Positions 27,928 through 40,899 are shown, counted from the first letter of the stretch. The stretch: DNA of 64,000 bases from Eledone cirrhosa (GCA_964016885.1 OZ024741.1:340442001-340506000), one strand, 5' to 3'. Notes: generated by a model from the sequence alone, not told the origin. Program-made: numbers and translations.

Positions 27928-28626
27928 CAAGATTATCTATCAAGCATATCTATCAAGCAGAAATAGAGAGCAGATTTCAATATACTAATAAAAATATATA
28001 TCAGAAACAAAACTAAAAAAATAAAAAGATAACAATAATAATAATAAGTAAAAATAAGTAATAATAAAATAGAAAACTAAAAAAATATTACGAAAGAATA
28101 TTACATAATAAAAATATTACATATTAAAAATATTACGTATTAAAAAATATTACGTATTAAAAATTTACATATTAAAGATATTAAAAATAAAAATAAAAAA
28201 TAAAAAATAATTATAAAATACTACAATAATAAAAAATAAAAATAAAAATAAACCACAAAGATCAACCCTTCAAAGTTAATTGACAATATATTGCCAAGTT
28301 CATTACAAGACAAAGCCAAAAATTATCTATCAAATCACATCTAGCAAAGATCATTTCAAAAAGTTTATGATGTCCAAATTGGTCTACATATGTTCTTATA
28401 TTTAATATAGAAGTTTATCTAGTGTAAGGTTTATTCAAAAAATTTGGAGCATCAGCTTTTAGGGTAGCTTAATTTTTCATGAGGAATGTTTAAATAAAAA
28501 TAAAATAAAAATAAAAATAAAAATAAACAATAAAAAAAAAAAAGAATAAAAAGAAGGAATCAAAAATTTAGGAATCAAAAATTTATCGGCTAGTTTCCCA
28601 TATAAATATAAATCAAACTAAATATA

Positions 28627-29715
28627 CTACATTTTAAATTTAAATTTATATTTAAACGTTGAGTTTAATCTATGTTTGCAACAACTGAATAAATTTGTCC
28701 GTAGGTTAAGGGAATTTTTAGATTTTAGTATAAAGAATATCTCCTCTGCGCAGAGGTCACATGTCTCAGAGGATGAATTAAAAGGAATCCCTCTTGAGAC
28801 TATATTCCAAGCCGTCGAATATCTAACGTTATCTAGCTTAAGTTGCCAGAGTACGCCTGATAGTGCCGTTGAAGATTTTTTACTTGGATCTGTGAAAGAA
28901 TTCTTGTGGTTATTATAGCGAAGTTTAAATTCCGTCGATGTGGAACCGATGTAGTTAAAAGAATTAGAGTCAGTATTAACATTACAATTGTATACTATAT
29001 TTTTAACTAAGCAGTTGTTATTTAACGGACATTTAGATCTATCTCTACAGTTACATTTGTTAACTTGTATATTATTTATGCTATTATCACTAGGTTTTAA
29101 GTTCCTATTATTTATTCTATTAATATTTTGTGCTAAATTTTTGGTGGATGAGTAGGTTAATTTAATTGTATGCCTATTGAAAATTGAGTGATACCTATGT
29201 GTTCTAGGGAAGCGATTATCAAGAGCTTTGAAAAATAATTTAGCGATGTGGGTTTTAATGTTTAGTGAGAAAGGGGGGCAAACCAAATTATGTTCCTAGT
29301 TCTATTTCTTTTTTGGCCTTTGGAATTATTGTAATGCTTTCTATTATAGTTGTTAATGTTGTTGCCGTAATTAAAAAAGTTGTTACTTTGTTTAGTTTGT
29401 CTATCATTATCTATGTACACAATCTTATCAGCATATCCTGCCCTAGCTAATGCTTCATTATAGTATTGGGCCTTTTCGTCGAAAATCTTTCTATTCGACG
29501 AGATCCTAGAGATACGTTTTGAACTGAGTTTACTATAGTGTTTTTGACAGATCTGGGGTGGTTAGAGTTAAAGTTGACATAGTTTAAGTTTTCATTCAAC
29601 TTGTGAAAAGGATAGTGGAGACATGTGTTGAGATTTAATGTTATATCTAGGAAATTGACTATTCTATGGTTGTTCTCAATTTCTATTTTAAGGTTAAAGT
29701 AATTAAAAAAATTAA
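28627..29715 (-). mobile_element. Penelope-like element fragment: end of RT plus GIY-YIG endonuclease, frameshifted
   Basis: VNFLDITLNL, SNHP, YYNEALARAGY, CNCRDRSKCPLNNNCLVKNIVY, YIGSTSTEFKLRYNNH, CDLCAEE. Confidence 0.9.
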
Positions 29716-30098
29716 ATTTTCTCTCTCTATATATCTCCCTTACATTAATACTTGAGCTAAATAAATAAATAAATAAATAAATGTATCATTGATACATTTA
29801 CTCAAAATGACCTCCCACTACCTAATTTTCTATATATATATGTATCTATCTCTATTTCCTCTCTCTCTATATATATATATCTCTTTCTGTTTCTTTACAT
29901 GAAGTTCTTCGCTTTATCTATCTTTCCATCTCTCTATTTTGTTCCATGCATTTCTTCTTTTTCTTCCTTTTCTTCGTTTTCTGTCTTTCTTTCTTTTTTT
30001 CTCTCTTTCTTTCTCTCTGTGTAAAGATTTTTTCACTGCCAGCTTAAACCTCTTCAAATGGAAGTCGGTGTTATAACTCTATAAAACTGTTTATATTG

Positions 30099-30164
30099 TA
30101 TTTTGTCTGAGGAAGGCATAGCATATTGTTAATATGATATCCCCGAAATATATATAATGAAATA
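30099..30164 (+). ncRNA. Type I minimal hammerhead ribozyme in a pLTR-like segment (~29720-30305) inverted relative to the adjacent PLE ORF
   Basis: TATTTTGT-CTGAGGA(30107)-imperfect stem II-GAAA(30145)-TATATA-TA, cleavage after 30156, then ATGAAATA. Confidence 0.75.
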
Positions 30165-30302
30165 AATATGGTTTTATAAATATAGTTTCCATTTATTTAA
30201 TATTGTAAATATACTCCAAATATTTGTCGAGTGCTTTTATATCAGTTATAAATATTTACTAGTTTTTACTAGTTGTAACCCAACAATTTTAAATATAACT
30301 TT

Positions 30303-30353
<51 letters not shown>

Positions 30354-30703
30354 GTATATATAATATATATATATATTATATATATATATAATATATATAT
30401 ATATTATATATATATAATATATATATATATTATATATATATAATATATATATATATTATATATATATAATATATATATATATTATATATATATAAAATAT
30501 ATATATATATTATATATATATAATATATATATATATTATATATATATAATATATATATATATTATATATATATATAATATATATATATACATATATATAA
30601 TATATATATATACATATATATATATATAATATATATATATACATATATATAATATATATATATACATATATATAATATATATATATATATATAATATATA
30701 TAC

Positions 30704-30735
<32 letters not shown>

Positions 30736-30847
30736 ATATATATATATAATATATACACATATATATAATATATATATATATATATATAATATATATACAT
30801 ATATATAATATATATACATATATATAATATATATAATATATATTTAT

Positions 30848-30889
<42 letters not shown>

Positions 30890-31163
30890 CATCATCATCA
30901 TCATCATCACCGTTTTACGTCCGTTCTTCCACGCTAGCATGGGTTAGACGGGTTGTCCTGTTGTGTGCAGTGTCTGGTCGGCTGACCATGCCTTGCTCAT
31001 ACAGGAACTGATCTGGCTTGATTTCTACAGCTGGATGCCCTTCCTAACACCAACCTCATTTACAGTGAGTGCTGGGTGCTTTTTCGTGGCGCCTACACGT
31101 CCACTTTACAGTGTGGGCTGGGTGCTTTTTTGCCGTGGCACCTCCACGACCACCTTGCGATAC

Positions 31164-31282
<119 letters not shown>

Positions 31283-31283
31283 C

Positions 31284-31315
<32 letters not shown>

Positions 31316-31332
31316 TACAATATATATATTGA

Positions 31333-32465
31333 AAAATACTAGCTCTTTCAACTGCGCAGAGGGTTCTATTGAAATAGTGGACAGCTTCTGTTACCTAGGT
31401 GACAAAATCAGCAGTGGGGGAGGGTGCTCCGAAAGTACAGTAGCTAGAGTCAGAACTGGATGGAAAAAGTTCAGAGAGCTTATACCACTATTAGCCGCTA
31501 AAGGGTTCTCCCTAAAAGTGAAAGGCAGGTTGTATGATGCCTGCATACGAACAGCAATGTTGCATGGCAGTGAGACCTGGACATTGTGTGCAGAGGATAT
31601 ACGCAGACTAGAGAGGAACGAAGCTTGCATGCTCCGCTGGATGTGTAATAGTAATATACGCGAACTTCAAAGCATAAACGAACTAAGGAAAAAATTAAAA
31701 ATAAGAGGGATCAGATGTTGTTTACTCGAGAGAAGGCTACGTTGGTATGGTCTCGTGACGCGCATGAAAGACGACAGCTGTATAACAAAGTGCAGGGCAA
31801 TAAAGATAGACGGTAGCCCCGGAGTAGGCAGACCCAGAAAAACCTGGGACGAGCTGATAAATTCCGACCTCACACACTTACACCTCTCCAAGACAATGTC
31901 ACTGGACCGAGAGCTTTGGCGGTACTCAGTAATAGAGAAGACCCGCGTTACCTAAATACAAAGTAAAACCTACTCCAGCCAGTAGGCATCTCTAACAAAA
32001 TACACCCCCGTACCACCACCACCACCCCATCCACACCGCCCCTTTCAATGTAAAGTTATGTTGGTGCCACAAAATCCAGGCCGAAACAAATGAGATCGTG
32101 TAGGTGTCACGACAAAAAAACACACAGTCCACGCTGTAATGTGACCGTGTAGGCAACACGGTAAAAACGTCCCAGTCCCACACTGTAAATGTGGTTGGTG
32201 TTAGGAAGGGCATCCAGCTGTAGAAAATCTGCCAGACAGTTCACGCTGTAATGTGGCCGTGTAGGCAACACGGTAAAAACGTCCCAGTCCCACACTGTAA
32301 ATGTGGTTGGTGTTAGGAAGGTCATCCAACTGTAGAAAACCCGCCAGACAGTCCTATGCGAGCAAGACAACCACTCTTGCCTCAAGTGGGAAAACTCCCG
32401 TCCAAACCCATGCAAGCATGGAACACGGACGTTAAACGATGATGATGATGATGATGATGATGATA
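31333..32465 (+). mobile_element. 5'-truncated RTE-clade LINE with 3' UTR and (GAT)n tail
   Basis: ORF 31329-31955 VDSFCYLGDKISSGGG...RRLRWYG...GRPRKTW; nearly identical to the inverted copy at 26.9-27.6 kb. Confidence 0.9.
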
Positions 32466-32877
32466 TATATATATATATAATATATATATATATATATTAA
32501 TATATATACAATATATATTATATTCAGCAAAAAGCAATATCATCGCGGTCTTTTTCCAAAAAAAATACCGGGATTAGTCACAAATAATTTAAGCACTCTA
32601 AGAAATAAATTCGAGTATATATATATAAATGAAAAGTATAGAAATTGTTGTAGCGAGAAGCTAACAGTATTCCATAACATATATGTGACTATAGCGTCAA
32701 AATGGGAAAATAGTTATCATAAGATATGGGAAAAATAATTCAGACTCAATTCAAAAAGAATCAGGATATAGATTTATCCCACAGAATTTAGAGAAATCCA
32801 GGGAAAAATGAATAGAGCCCTAACTCATGATAAAACAAAGTCTAAAGTACTCATAATAATATATATATATATATTAT

Positions 32878-32941
<64 letters not shown>

Positions 32942-33158
32942 TATATATAATATATATATATATATTATATATATATATATATAATATATATATAAATATA
33001 ATATATATATATATAATATATATATATATATTATATATATATATATATAATATATATATATACATATATATATATAATATATATATATATATAATATATA
33101 TATATAATATATATATATACATATATATATATATAATATATATATATATATAATATAT

Positions 33159-33201
<43 letters not shown>

Positions 33202-33247
33202 TATATATATAATATATATATATATATAATATATATATATAATATAT

Positions 33248-33302
<55 letters not shown>

Positions 33303-33404
33303 TATATAATATATATATATATATAATATATATATATATAATATATATATATAATATATATATATATATATAATATATATATATATATAATATATATATA
33401 TATA

Positions 33405-33667
33405 TCCCAAAAGTCAGCTCAAAAGTGACACAGAGGAGACTGAGGTTGGTTGGACATGCTCACCGACATCCAGAGTTGACATTGCACTCAGTGCTCCTTT
33501 GGGAGCCCCTACATGGACACACTAGAAGAGGAATACAAGGTTAACATATGTTGATGCCCTAAGGACAGACACTGGTCTGTTGGAGATGCAGGATATGGCA
33601 GCGATAATGAGGGACAGAGACCGCTGGAGAGAACTCGTCCATGGATCTCGGGAATTTTACCCGCCTT

Positions 33668-33670
<3 letters not shown>
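33405..33670 (+). mobile_element. RTE-like LINE 3' fragment of a second family
   Basis: RRRLRLVGHAHRHPEL...VLLWEPLHGHTRRG..RLTYVDALR reading, located between TA tracts. Confidence 0.65.
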
Positions 33671-33709
<39 letters not shown>

Positions 33710-33794
33710 GTGGGAAAGTAAAAGAAAAAAAAAATATATATATATATATATTAGTGAAAAAGAACAAAGGAACTATTATGACATTATAACAAGT

Positions 33795-33849
33795 TTATTG
33801 CCGACAGCCGTTTCGTCCGACCCCATGGTGGGACTTATCAAGGCATATA
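33795..33849 (-). ncRNA. Type I minimal hammerhead with U3-A8 core, in an orphan pLTR-like unit (~33750-34190)
   Basis: Minus strand reads TGCC-TTGATAA-GTCC(CACCATGGGGTC)GGAC-GAAA-CGGCTG-TC-GGCA. Confidence 0.85.
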
Positions 33850-34211
33850 ACATGTGATTGCAAGATCATTGTTTACATCAACGTATCACTCAAGGCTAGC
33901 AGTTTGAAATTGTTGTATACATCAGCAACTCCGCTTGTATAGTTGGGGTCTATATTCTAAGGGGGGCTCTTTTATATTAGTTGTCGGGGTCAGGGATTGA
34001 AGTTTAAAAATTAGACAAAAATATATAATTTACGCATCAACATTAAACTAAAAGACTTGGGGTCCCGTAGAAGCACCTAATATTTCTGCTCTGCGTATAC
34101 GCATAGAGCTTAACTAGCTACCGTCACATATTTGGTAAGTCAGACGTGATCATCGCGATTCACATACGACCTACCATACATCTTACTTATATATATATAT
34201 ATATATATATA

Positions 34212-36292
34212 TAACTTTGAATAACTTTGAAATGTTTTGGCCAGTATTGGCCCAGGCCATGTCTAACTTAATAGCACCACCTGGCGAAGTCTTTCAATTC
34301 AGGATTTGGGCACCATGGCCCATTCGAGAAGAGAATTACTGTTTGCGGAGACATATCCGGGTGTGGGTGGTTTGTCCGGGATTACTTGGAGGAATTTGTC
34401 CAAAGACTTCTTGAATTTTGTGTGGTCAGTTTCTGTTTTGACGTGTCCTGGTGTGATGTTGAAGAGAGCAGGGCCGATTGAGGTGAAATAATTGTGCCGT
34501 ATTGTTGTTATGAGTTGCGATTTAGATTTTTGAATGGGACGGATAGCACGGGGCCCAAGCCTTGGGTGTATCTTGAAGGCGATGCCAACATCATTTGGGC
34601 AGTGATGATGGAACATTTTCCACATCATGCAGATAATATAACGCTCACGGCGACGTTGGAGTGAGTAAAGTTTCAGGTTTTCTAATCGACCCCAGTAGTC
34701 AAGGTCTGACATGCCATCTATCTTTTTCGTGATTGCTCTTTGAGGAGCTTCAAGTTTCATGATACTTTGTTTCGTGTGGGGAGACCACAGTGGACAACAG
34801 TATTCAAGGTGTGGTCGGGCAAAAGTAGAGAAGAGAAGGATAATGGTGCGGGAATCTCTCGACTGGAAGGTTCTGAGGATCCAGAACACATTCTGCGGGC
34901 CATGTCAACTTTGCTGCTTATATGCGTGGTCCAGCTTATGTTGCTGTCCACGGTTACTCCCAAGTCTCTGATGTTGTTAGATGCCACGAGAGTTTCCCCG
35001 GAGGGAAGGGAGTACGGGAGTTTCAGAGCATCCTCTTTTCCAAAGTGGATCAGTTCGAATTTGTCTTCGTTCAGTAACATGTTGTTCTTTTCTGCCCATT
35101 GGGTAACAGCCAGTAGGTCTGACTGAAGGCTTATCCGGTCATCCACGCCATTGATGACCTTTTGGAGCTTGGAATCATCAGCGAAACTTTTAATGTTGCT
35201 GTGTTTGATGATGTCAGTGATGTCATTAATATAGATGATGAAGAGAAGTGGGCCCAACACAGTGCCTTGTGGGACCCCACTACTGACTTTGGCTGGGCTT
35301 GATTTGACTCCCTCAACTACAACATGTTGGGTTCTGTTTGACAGGAAGCTCTTGATCCACTGCAGCAGCTTTCCAGTGACACCAATATTGGACAGCTTTC
35401 TCAGTAGAATGTTATGATCAACCCTGTCAAAGGCCTTGCTGAAATCAAGGTAGATAACATCAGTGTTGGAACCCTCTCCCAAGGCTCTCAAAATGTCATC
35501 AAAGTGATGCAGTAGCTGCGTCAGGCAATCCCTTCCATTACGGAATCCATGCTGGTTGGAGTTCAGCATATTGTTACTCTCAAGGAAGTGGGTCATTCGC
35601 GATCTCACCACTCTCTCAAATACCTTAATGATATGAGAGGTGAGTGAGATTGGACGGTAATTCACGGCAAGGGATTTGTTTCCCTTTTTGAAAACTGGGA
35701 CAACAGACTGGGATAGAAGGTTTTCTGGCACATATCCAGCATCCAGTGAGTTCCGCCACAGATTGGCAAGAGGAGATGCAAGTTGGTGTTGACACGCCTT
35801 CAAGACACAAGCAGGGAACCTATCGGGACCTACTGCTGAATTATGCTTGATTTCCTTTATTGCCGCCAAGACATCAGGGGCGCCAAACGTTATGTCCGAT
35901 AAGGTGTAATGGGGAGTAACATCGCCGATACAGCCCAGATCGGCCATATCAGGATTGCTGAAAACAGAGCAGTATTGTTTCTGCAGTATCTCACCCATGG
36001 TTTTAACATTGTCTTGAAGAGTGCCATTTTCATCAATTAGAGGGCCAACAGTAGAGCCAGTGATTTTGTGTTTTTTTGCAAATGAAAAGAACACTTTGGG
36101 ATTGAGTTTGATCTTCTCAATGGCCCAGGCCTCTTCAGCTCTTCTCTGATTGTTGATGAGGGACATTATGTTGTTTTGGAGGTTATGTTTTTTAATCTCT
36201 AGTGATGAAATGGCAGTCAAGTTGTGTTGCTGCTGACAGTATTTCAGCTTGTTGATTTTTTTGTTCGTTCTCTTAATTTTTCTGATGAGCGT
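34212..36292 (-). mobile_element. 5'-truncated CR1-group LINE; RT ORF with one frameshift near 34890
   Basis: YRPISLTS, QHGFR, YLDFSKAFDRVDH, SGVPQGTVLGPLLF, FADDSK, then RPHLEYC..WSPH; 3' terminal repeat (TTCAAAGTTA)2 abutting (TA)n. Confidence 0.92.
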
Positions 36293-36306
36293 TATATATA
36301 TATAAT

Positions 36307-36398
<92 letters not shown>

Positions 36399-36560
36399 GG
36401 AAAGTAAAAAAAAAAAAAATTGTCCTAACACCGGCCAGAGTTACCTCCCTTGACCTGCTGCAAAAATCAAAACAAGATATTTTTGCGAGCAATGAACCTT
36501 GATGTGGATTTCACCCCAAAAACTCCTTCCGAGCAATATAAGGAACACTTGTGATTATTT

Positions 36561-36602
36561 ATGCCCTTGAGAAGCCCAACTGGGCGAAACGTACGTAGGT
36601 GC
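36561..36602 (+). ncRNA. Type I minimal hammerhead with U3-A8 core, in an orphan unit (~36396-36640)
   Basis: GCCC-TTGAGAA(36567)-GCCC-AACT-GGGC-GAAA(36586)-CGTACG-TA, cleavage after 36597, then GGTGC. Confidence 0.8.
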
Positions 36603-36637
36603 TGTTTTAAATAAACATGTTTTAACGGTCTATTCTC

Positions 36638-36721
<84 letters not shown>

Positions 36722-36730
36722 CATATATAT

Positions 36731-36930
36731 ATATCATAAATCATGTCTTTAGAATCATCAGATATTAAAATATATACTATTTCTTCTTCTAATTACCATA
36801 ATTAACCATATACAAAATCAAATCTAGCAAGCTTTAAGAATAAATTTTCTTATGGTTAATTATGGTAATTAGAAGAAGAAATAGTATATATTTTAATATC
36901 TGATGATTCTAAAGACATGATTTATGATAT
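36731..36930. repeat. Perfect 80-bp inverted repeat (36731-36810 and 36851-36930) with 40-nt spacer
   Basis: Arms are exact reverse complements; right arm contains GAAA-TAGTA-TA and is followed by the bulged hairpin at 36934-36975. Confidence 0.9.
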
Positions 36931-37030
36931 AATGCTCTGATTTTTTGATTTTAATTTATTAATTCTTCATAGAGCTTAAAAGTGAACAGTTGCAACATAT
37001 ATATATCCTTAATTTTATGTATATGATAAC

Positions 37031-37067
<37 letters not shown>

Positions 37068-37580
37068 CAGCGAGATCGAATTTCGGCAGTGGTCAAAAAC
37101 AAAGCGAAACGCAATTTTCGAGATATGCGGCAAGCGCTCAATAGACTAAAAGAAGACCAAAGCAATATATATCTATATATATATATATATATATATGAAA
37201 GAAATTTATTACAAATATATGACTATCGCAAAATAGCATATTCTTTACTTAAACTTTTTTTAATATTAACAATGTGTCTCATTTACAGTTATGTTCAGTT
37301 TTCAGAATGAAAATATAAACACATATAATAAATACAAAGTGCATAAAAATATGATAATATAATTCATTGATTAAAAATAATTGTTTCTACTTTTGGCACA
37401 GTGTATTACTGGTACTTTATTTTATCGACCCCGTAAGAATGAAAGGCAAAGTTAACCTCCGCGGGATTTGAACTCAGACCATAAAGGGACGTAACTGTGC
37501 TGGCGTCATTGATTAAAAATAATAAAGGATAAAAAGTCACCACTAAGTGCGACAATCAGCTGCACCTCACACCTTAGGGG

Positions 37581-37835
37581 TTAACTACATCCTCTCAGGC
37601 AAGCCAACACGCTCGCAGCATTGCCACAGGTAATAGCGAGGCTAAGGCGCTGAAATAACCAGGCACCCTCACGGGCATCACCTGACACCTCAGTAAGGTG
37701 AGCCGCCAGTGATGACAAGAACTTCAATATCAGCGGCCCAACTCCACCAAACGTCTCAAACGCCATTGGCTGGAAAAAATAATTATTTGATAACTCCAGG
37801 TATTTCCGAATTTTATTCCGTTCGGCAACGGAAGC
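37581..37835 (-). mobile_element. CRE-type retroelement 3' fragment
   Basis: KIRKYLELSNNYFFQPMAFETFGGVGP...EGAWLFQRLSLAITCGNAASVL. Confidence 0.75.
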
Positions 37836-38089
37836 TATAATTCTGTGTGTGTATTGGATATGTATATTGTTTAAGCCTAGTTCAACATTGATTGTGCAGA
37901 CCTGTAATCAAAGGCATTAGACCTATGAACATACCGCCTTTACATGCAATAGAAAAGTGTCCCAAGAGGTTATTCAACTTTAATCTGGTCAAAATATATT
38001 GAACCTTGCACGATTAACAACCAGAGACTTTATTAAGTTTGCATGGCAGAGGGTGGCGGCAAATCTGATCGATATATATTATTTACAGG

Positions 38090-38388
38090 GCTAACTTGCC
38101 TTTCATCCTAACGGGGTCGATAAAATAAAGTACCAGTAATGCACTGGTTAATTGCTGGCCTTGTGCCAAAAAGTAGAAACAATTATTTACAGGGCGGTGG
38201 ATTGGCAGTGTCGGTAGAGGGTCGGGCGCCATGCTTTGACGTATAGAGTTACGGCCCTTGCCATTCTGAGTTCAAATCCCGCCGAGGTTAACTTTGCCTT
38301 TCATCCTTACGGGGTCGATAAAATAAAGTACCAGTAATGTACTGGTTAATTGGTGGCCTTGTGCCAAAAGTAGAAACAATTATTTACA
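38090..38388 (+). mobile_element. tRNA-derived SINE with a duplicated 3' half
   Basis: Full copy ~38190-38388 preceded by a partial copy 38090-38190; GCCTTTCATCCT(T/A)ACGGGGTCGATAAAATAAAGTACCAG occurs twice. Confidence 0.8.
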
Positions 38389-38817
38389 GTAACCAACAAA
38401 TTAGTTTGGAGCCCTCCTTTGAATATTGTGGGAACTCTGGTTATAGCCGAGTTAGTCCTCTCCCGCTAATTCGCCATCGTAAGCAATCATTCTGACATAA
38501 ATGTGAAAAAGAATTTACACTCACACCACATTGAACAATAAACACGAAGAAGAGAAATACATGTGTCTACAGAGTTTTCTCCCTGTAAATAATATTTAGT
38601 TCTTGCATCGAAAGTAAAAAAATATATACACATCGCAACACACACATTCGCACGTGCGTACAATCACAGACGCTCACGCGCATTCAGTCACACGCGTATG
38701 TGTGTGTGTTTGTATTGTAATTCCTACACGTATGCGTATATGTATGTACACACACACATACACACATATATATTTATATACGTATTCTGTGTAATTATTT
38801 AGTTGCGTATTTTTCTA

Positions 38818-39144
38818 ATGGCGTCGAAGTCGAAGGAACTGCGATCAAATGTTGCAGGGACCATCAGGTATAGTAAAAAGAAGACATTACATACTGAAGT
38901 CCTATTTAACAGACCAGACACTCTCTTAGAAGAACTAGCAAATTATGCTGGCGTCAAAATGAAGAAAGAAATTTTCCGAAATATATTGGATTTGTTGCAA
39001 CTGGATGTCGACCCTATTGTATTAGCAAGGATGCTAAAAATGATGTGTTCTCAGAAAAGAAAAGTAGCTGCTGATACTGAAAATACTTTGAAGCTCCTTC
39101 AGACGGAATTAACCGTTTCAAACCCAGCTCCTAAACAAAATTAA
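38818..39144 (+). CDS. MZT2: MOZART2-like protein (mitotic spindle organizing protein 2), single coding exon, 108 aa
   Basis: LLEELANYAGVKMKKEIFRNILDLLQLDVDPIVLARMLKMMC resembles the MOZART2 core (EL..LA..AG......VF.I..DLL.L.V.P..V..MLK.MC); acceptor TTATTTAG ends at 38802; AATAAA at 39158. Confidence 0.75.
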   Translation: MASKSKELRSNVAGTIRYSKKKTLHTEVLFNRPDTLLEELANYAGVKMKKEIFRNILDLLQLDVDPIVLARMLKMMCSQKRKVAADTENTLKLLQTELTVSNPAPKQN

Positions 39145-39194
39145 AGTGTAGTAAGTAAATAAAACTACAAGAAAAAAAAAAAAAGAAAGCAAAT

Positions 39195-39570
39195 AAAACT
39201 GTTCCCAACATAAAGACTGAAACCTCTATATCCACCCGTTATCTCAGAAAAACTGTTTCTAATACAAAAATACTCAAACTTCTACACCGACCCGTTTTAA
39301 CCAGTTGCTAACACTAAGACTTGAACCACTACTTCTAGCCATCCGTTTATCTCACACTAAAACAATTCCTAACACAATGATTCATGTCATTGTTTCCACC
39401 TGTTATTCACACAAAGACTTCAACCTCTAAATACACCTATTTATCGCAGAAAAACACTCCCTAATCCAAAGATGCTTCCCATTTATACTAAAAAAAAGTA
39501 AATCCGTCACTCAAAGACTCAAACTTTTACTTCCACCCCACCCCCCAAAAAATGTTTCTTACTCAAGTAA
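39195..39570. repeat. Degenerate tandem repeat of ~55-60 bp
   Basis: Recurring AAAC.GTTCCTAACAC.AAGACT.AAAC..CT...TCCACCCGTT.ATC-like units. Confidence 0.55.
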
Positions 39571-40448
39571 TTGCTTCTATCTATTTATCTTATATATATA
39601 TAGAGAGAGAGGTAGAACACTGGAAGGTAATATCCGTAGTGGTAGAGCACTCAGTCCATGCGACGAGTTTGGTAGAAGTAACACAACAGTTAGTTCACCA
39701 TACCGAGAACAATTGTTTCATGTATGGTGAACTAACCGTTGTGTTACCTCTTATATATATATATATATTTAATGTATTGTACCCCCCCCCCCCCAAAAAA
39801 AAAAACGAAACAAACAAAAGAAAACAATGCCCCACTATCTGTAATTGTCGATTATCCCAGAAAGCCTTTATCTACGACAATTAAAGTGTTTAAAGAATGT
39901 TTGTTTCTGTGTTTTTTTTTTATTGCAACACTGATGGTGAAAGAATGTCAGACACAATTATAAAGTCGTTTGTTTAGTTACTAGAACGGGCTCCGCATCT
40001 TCTATTCTAGAGTATATATACTTTATTTCACGTCTTGTATTCTTGAGTATAAAACTTTATTTCACTTTATTTCATTTTATTTCACTTTATTTCACTTTAT
40101 TTCACCTTGTTTTTTACTGCAGGGAGTTGCGACTGGCAGATATTATCAGCAATGGAAAGATCAATGCAAACGCTGTTTCCTTAGTCCAATCTGACAACTG
40201 GCTTCTTTTCCTTTTTTTTTCTTCTTTTTTTGTGTCTAACTAATGTTGGATATGGTCTGGGAGGATTATAGGATCTTCCACCCCCTTTCAACCTCAGACT
40301 CACGGACTCTAGTGTATCTCAAGTTCTTAAAACCAACTTAACCAAATTTCATCACTGTCTCTAACACTAGACGTAAAGTTGAGAAAATATCGATGTTGGC
40401 CAATTATTTCTATATATCTAGCCTTCTATAAGACTGCTCTCCCTCTCT

Positions 40449-40498
<50 letters not shown>

Positions 40499-40899
40499 GG
40501 AATACTGTTGGCTTTTTGCTACAATATTTTCTATACCTTTCATTTATATATATATATATGTGTGTGTGTATACGTTTGTGTATGTATGTTTATATATGTA
40601 TGTAAATCTGTGCATGCGTATATATATATTGTTATACTTTGGGAGGGTCATGCTGCCAATAAAAACACACGTATCTGTTGGTTTTCACTTCAATCTATTA
40701 TAAGTTTCCGGTTTGTTGGTTCGATAACCGGAAGGTTGTTTATATATTGTCAAAACTCTTTCGTCACACATTCTGTGATCTCCTCAGTGACTAGGTTTTT
40801 ATTTTTTGTGTCTCTCCTTTGTTCTGTCCTACTCCATCTTGTTTTTGTGTGTTGTGTCACAACACACAGACAACACCTTTTTAATAGTTAGTGATGGTC

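Noticed and set aside
32520-32840. Orphan minus-strand unit with CTATAG-TC and a TACTC...GAGTG hairpin
   Set aside because: Core too degenerate (GACG instead of GAAA) to call a ribozyme; kept only as weak support for the hairpin motif
36868-36915. Possible type II hammerhead (AGAA-GAAA...CTGATGA-TTCT) in the right arm of the inverted repeat
   Set aside because: Stem I cannot close next to a valid NUH triplet; AT-rich chance match is likely
38195-38290. tRNA-like A/B boxes in SINE heads (also at 20864, 25050 and 25471)
   Set aside because: No full cloverleaf; they continue into SINE body sequence
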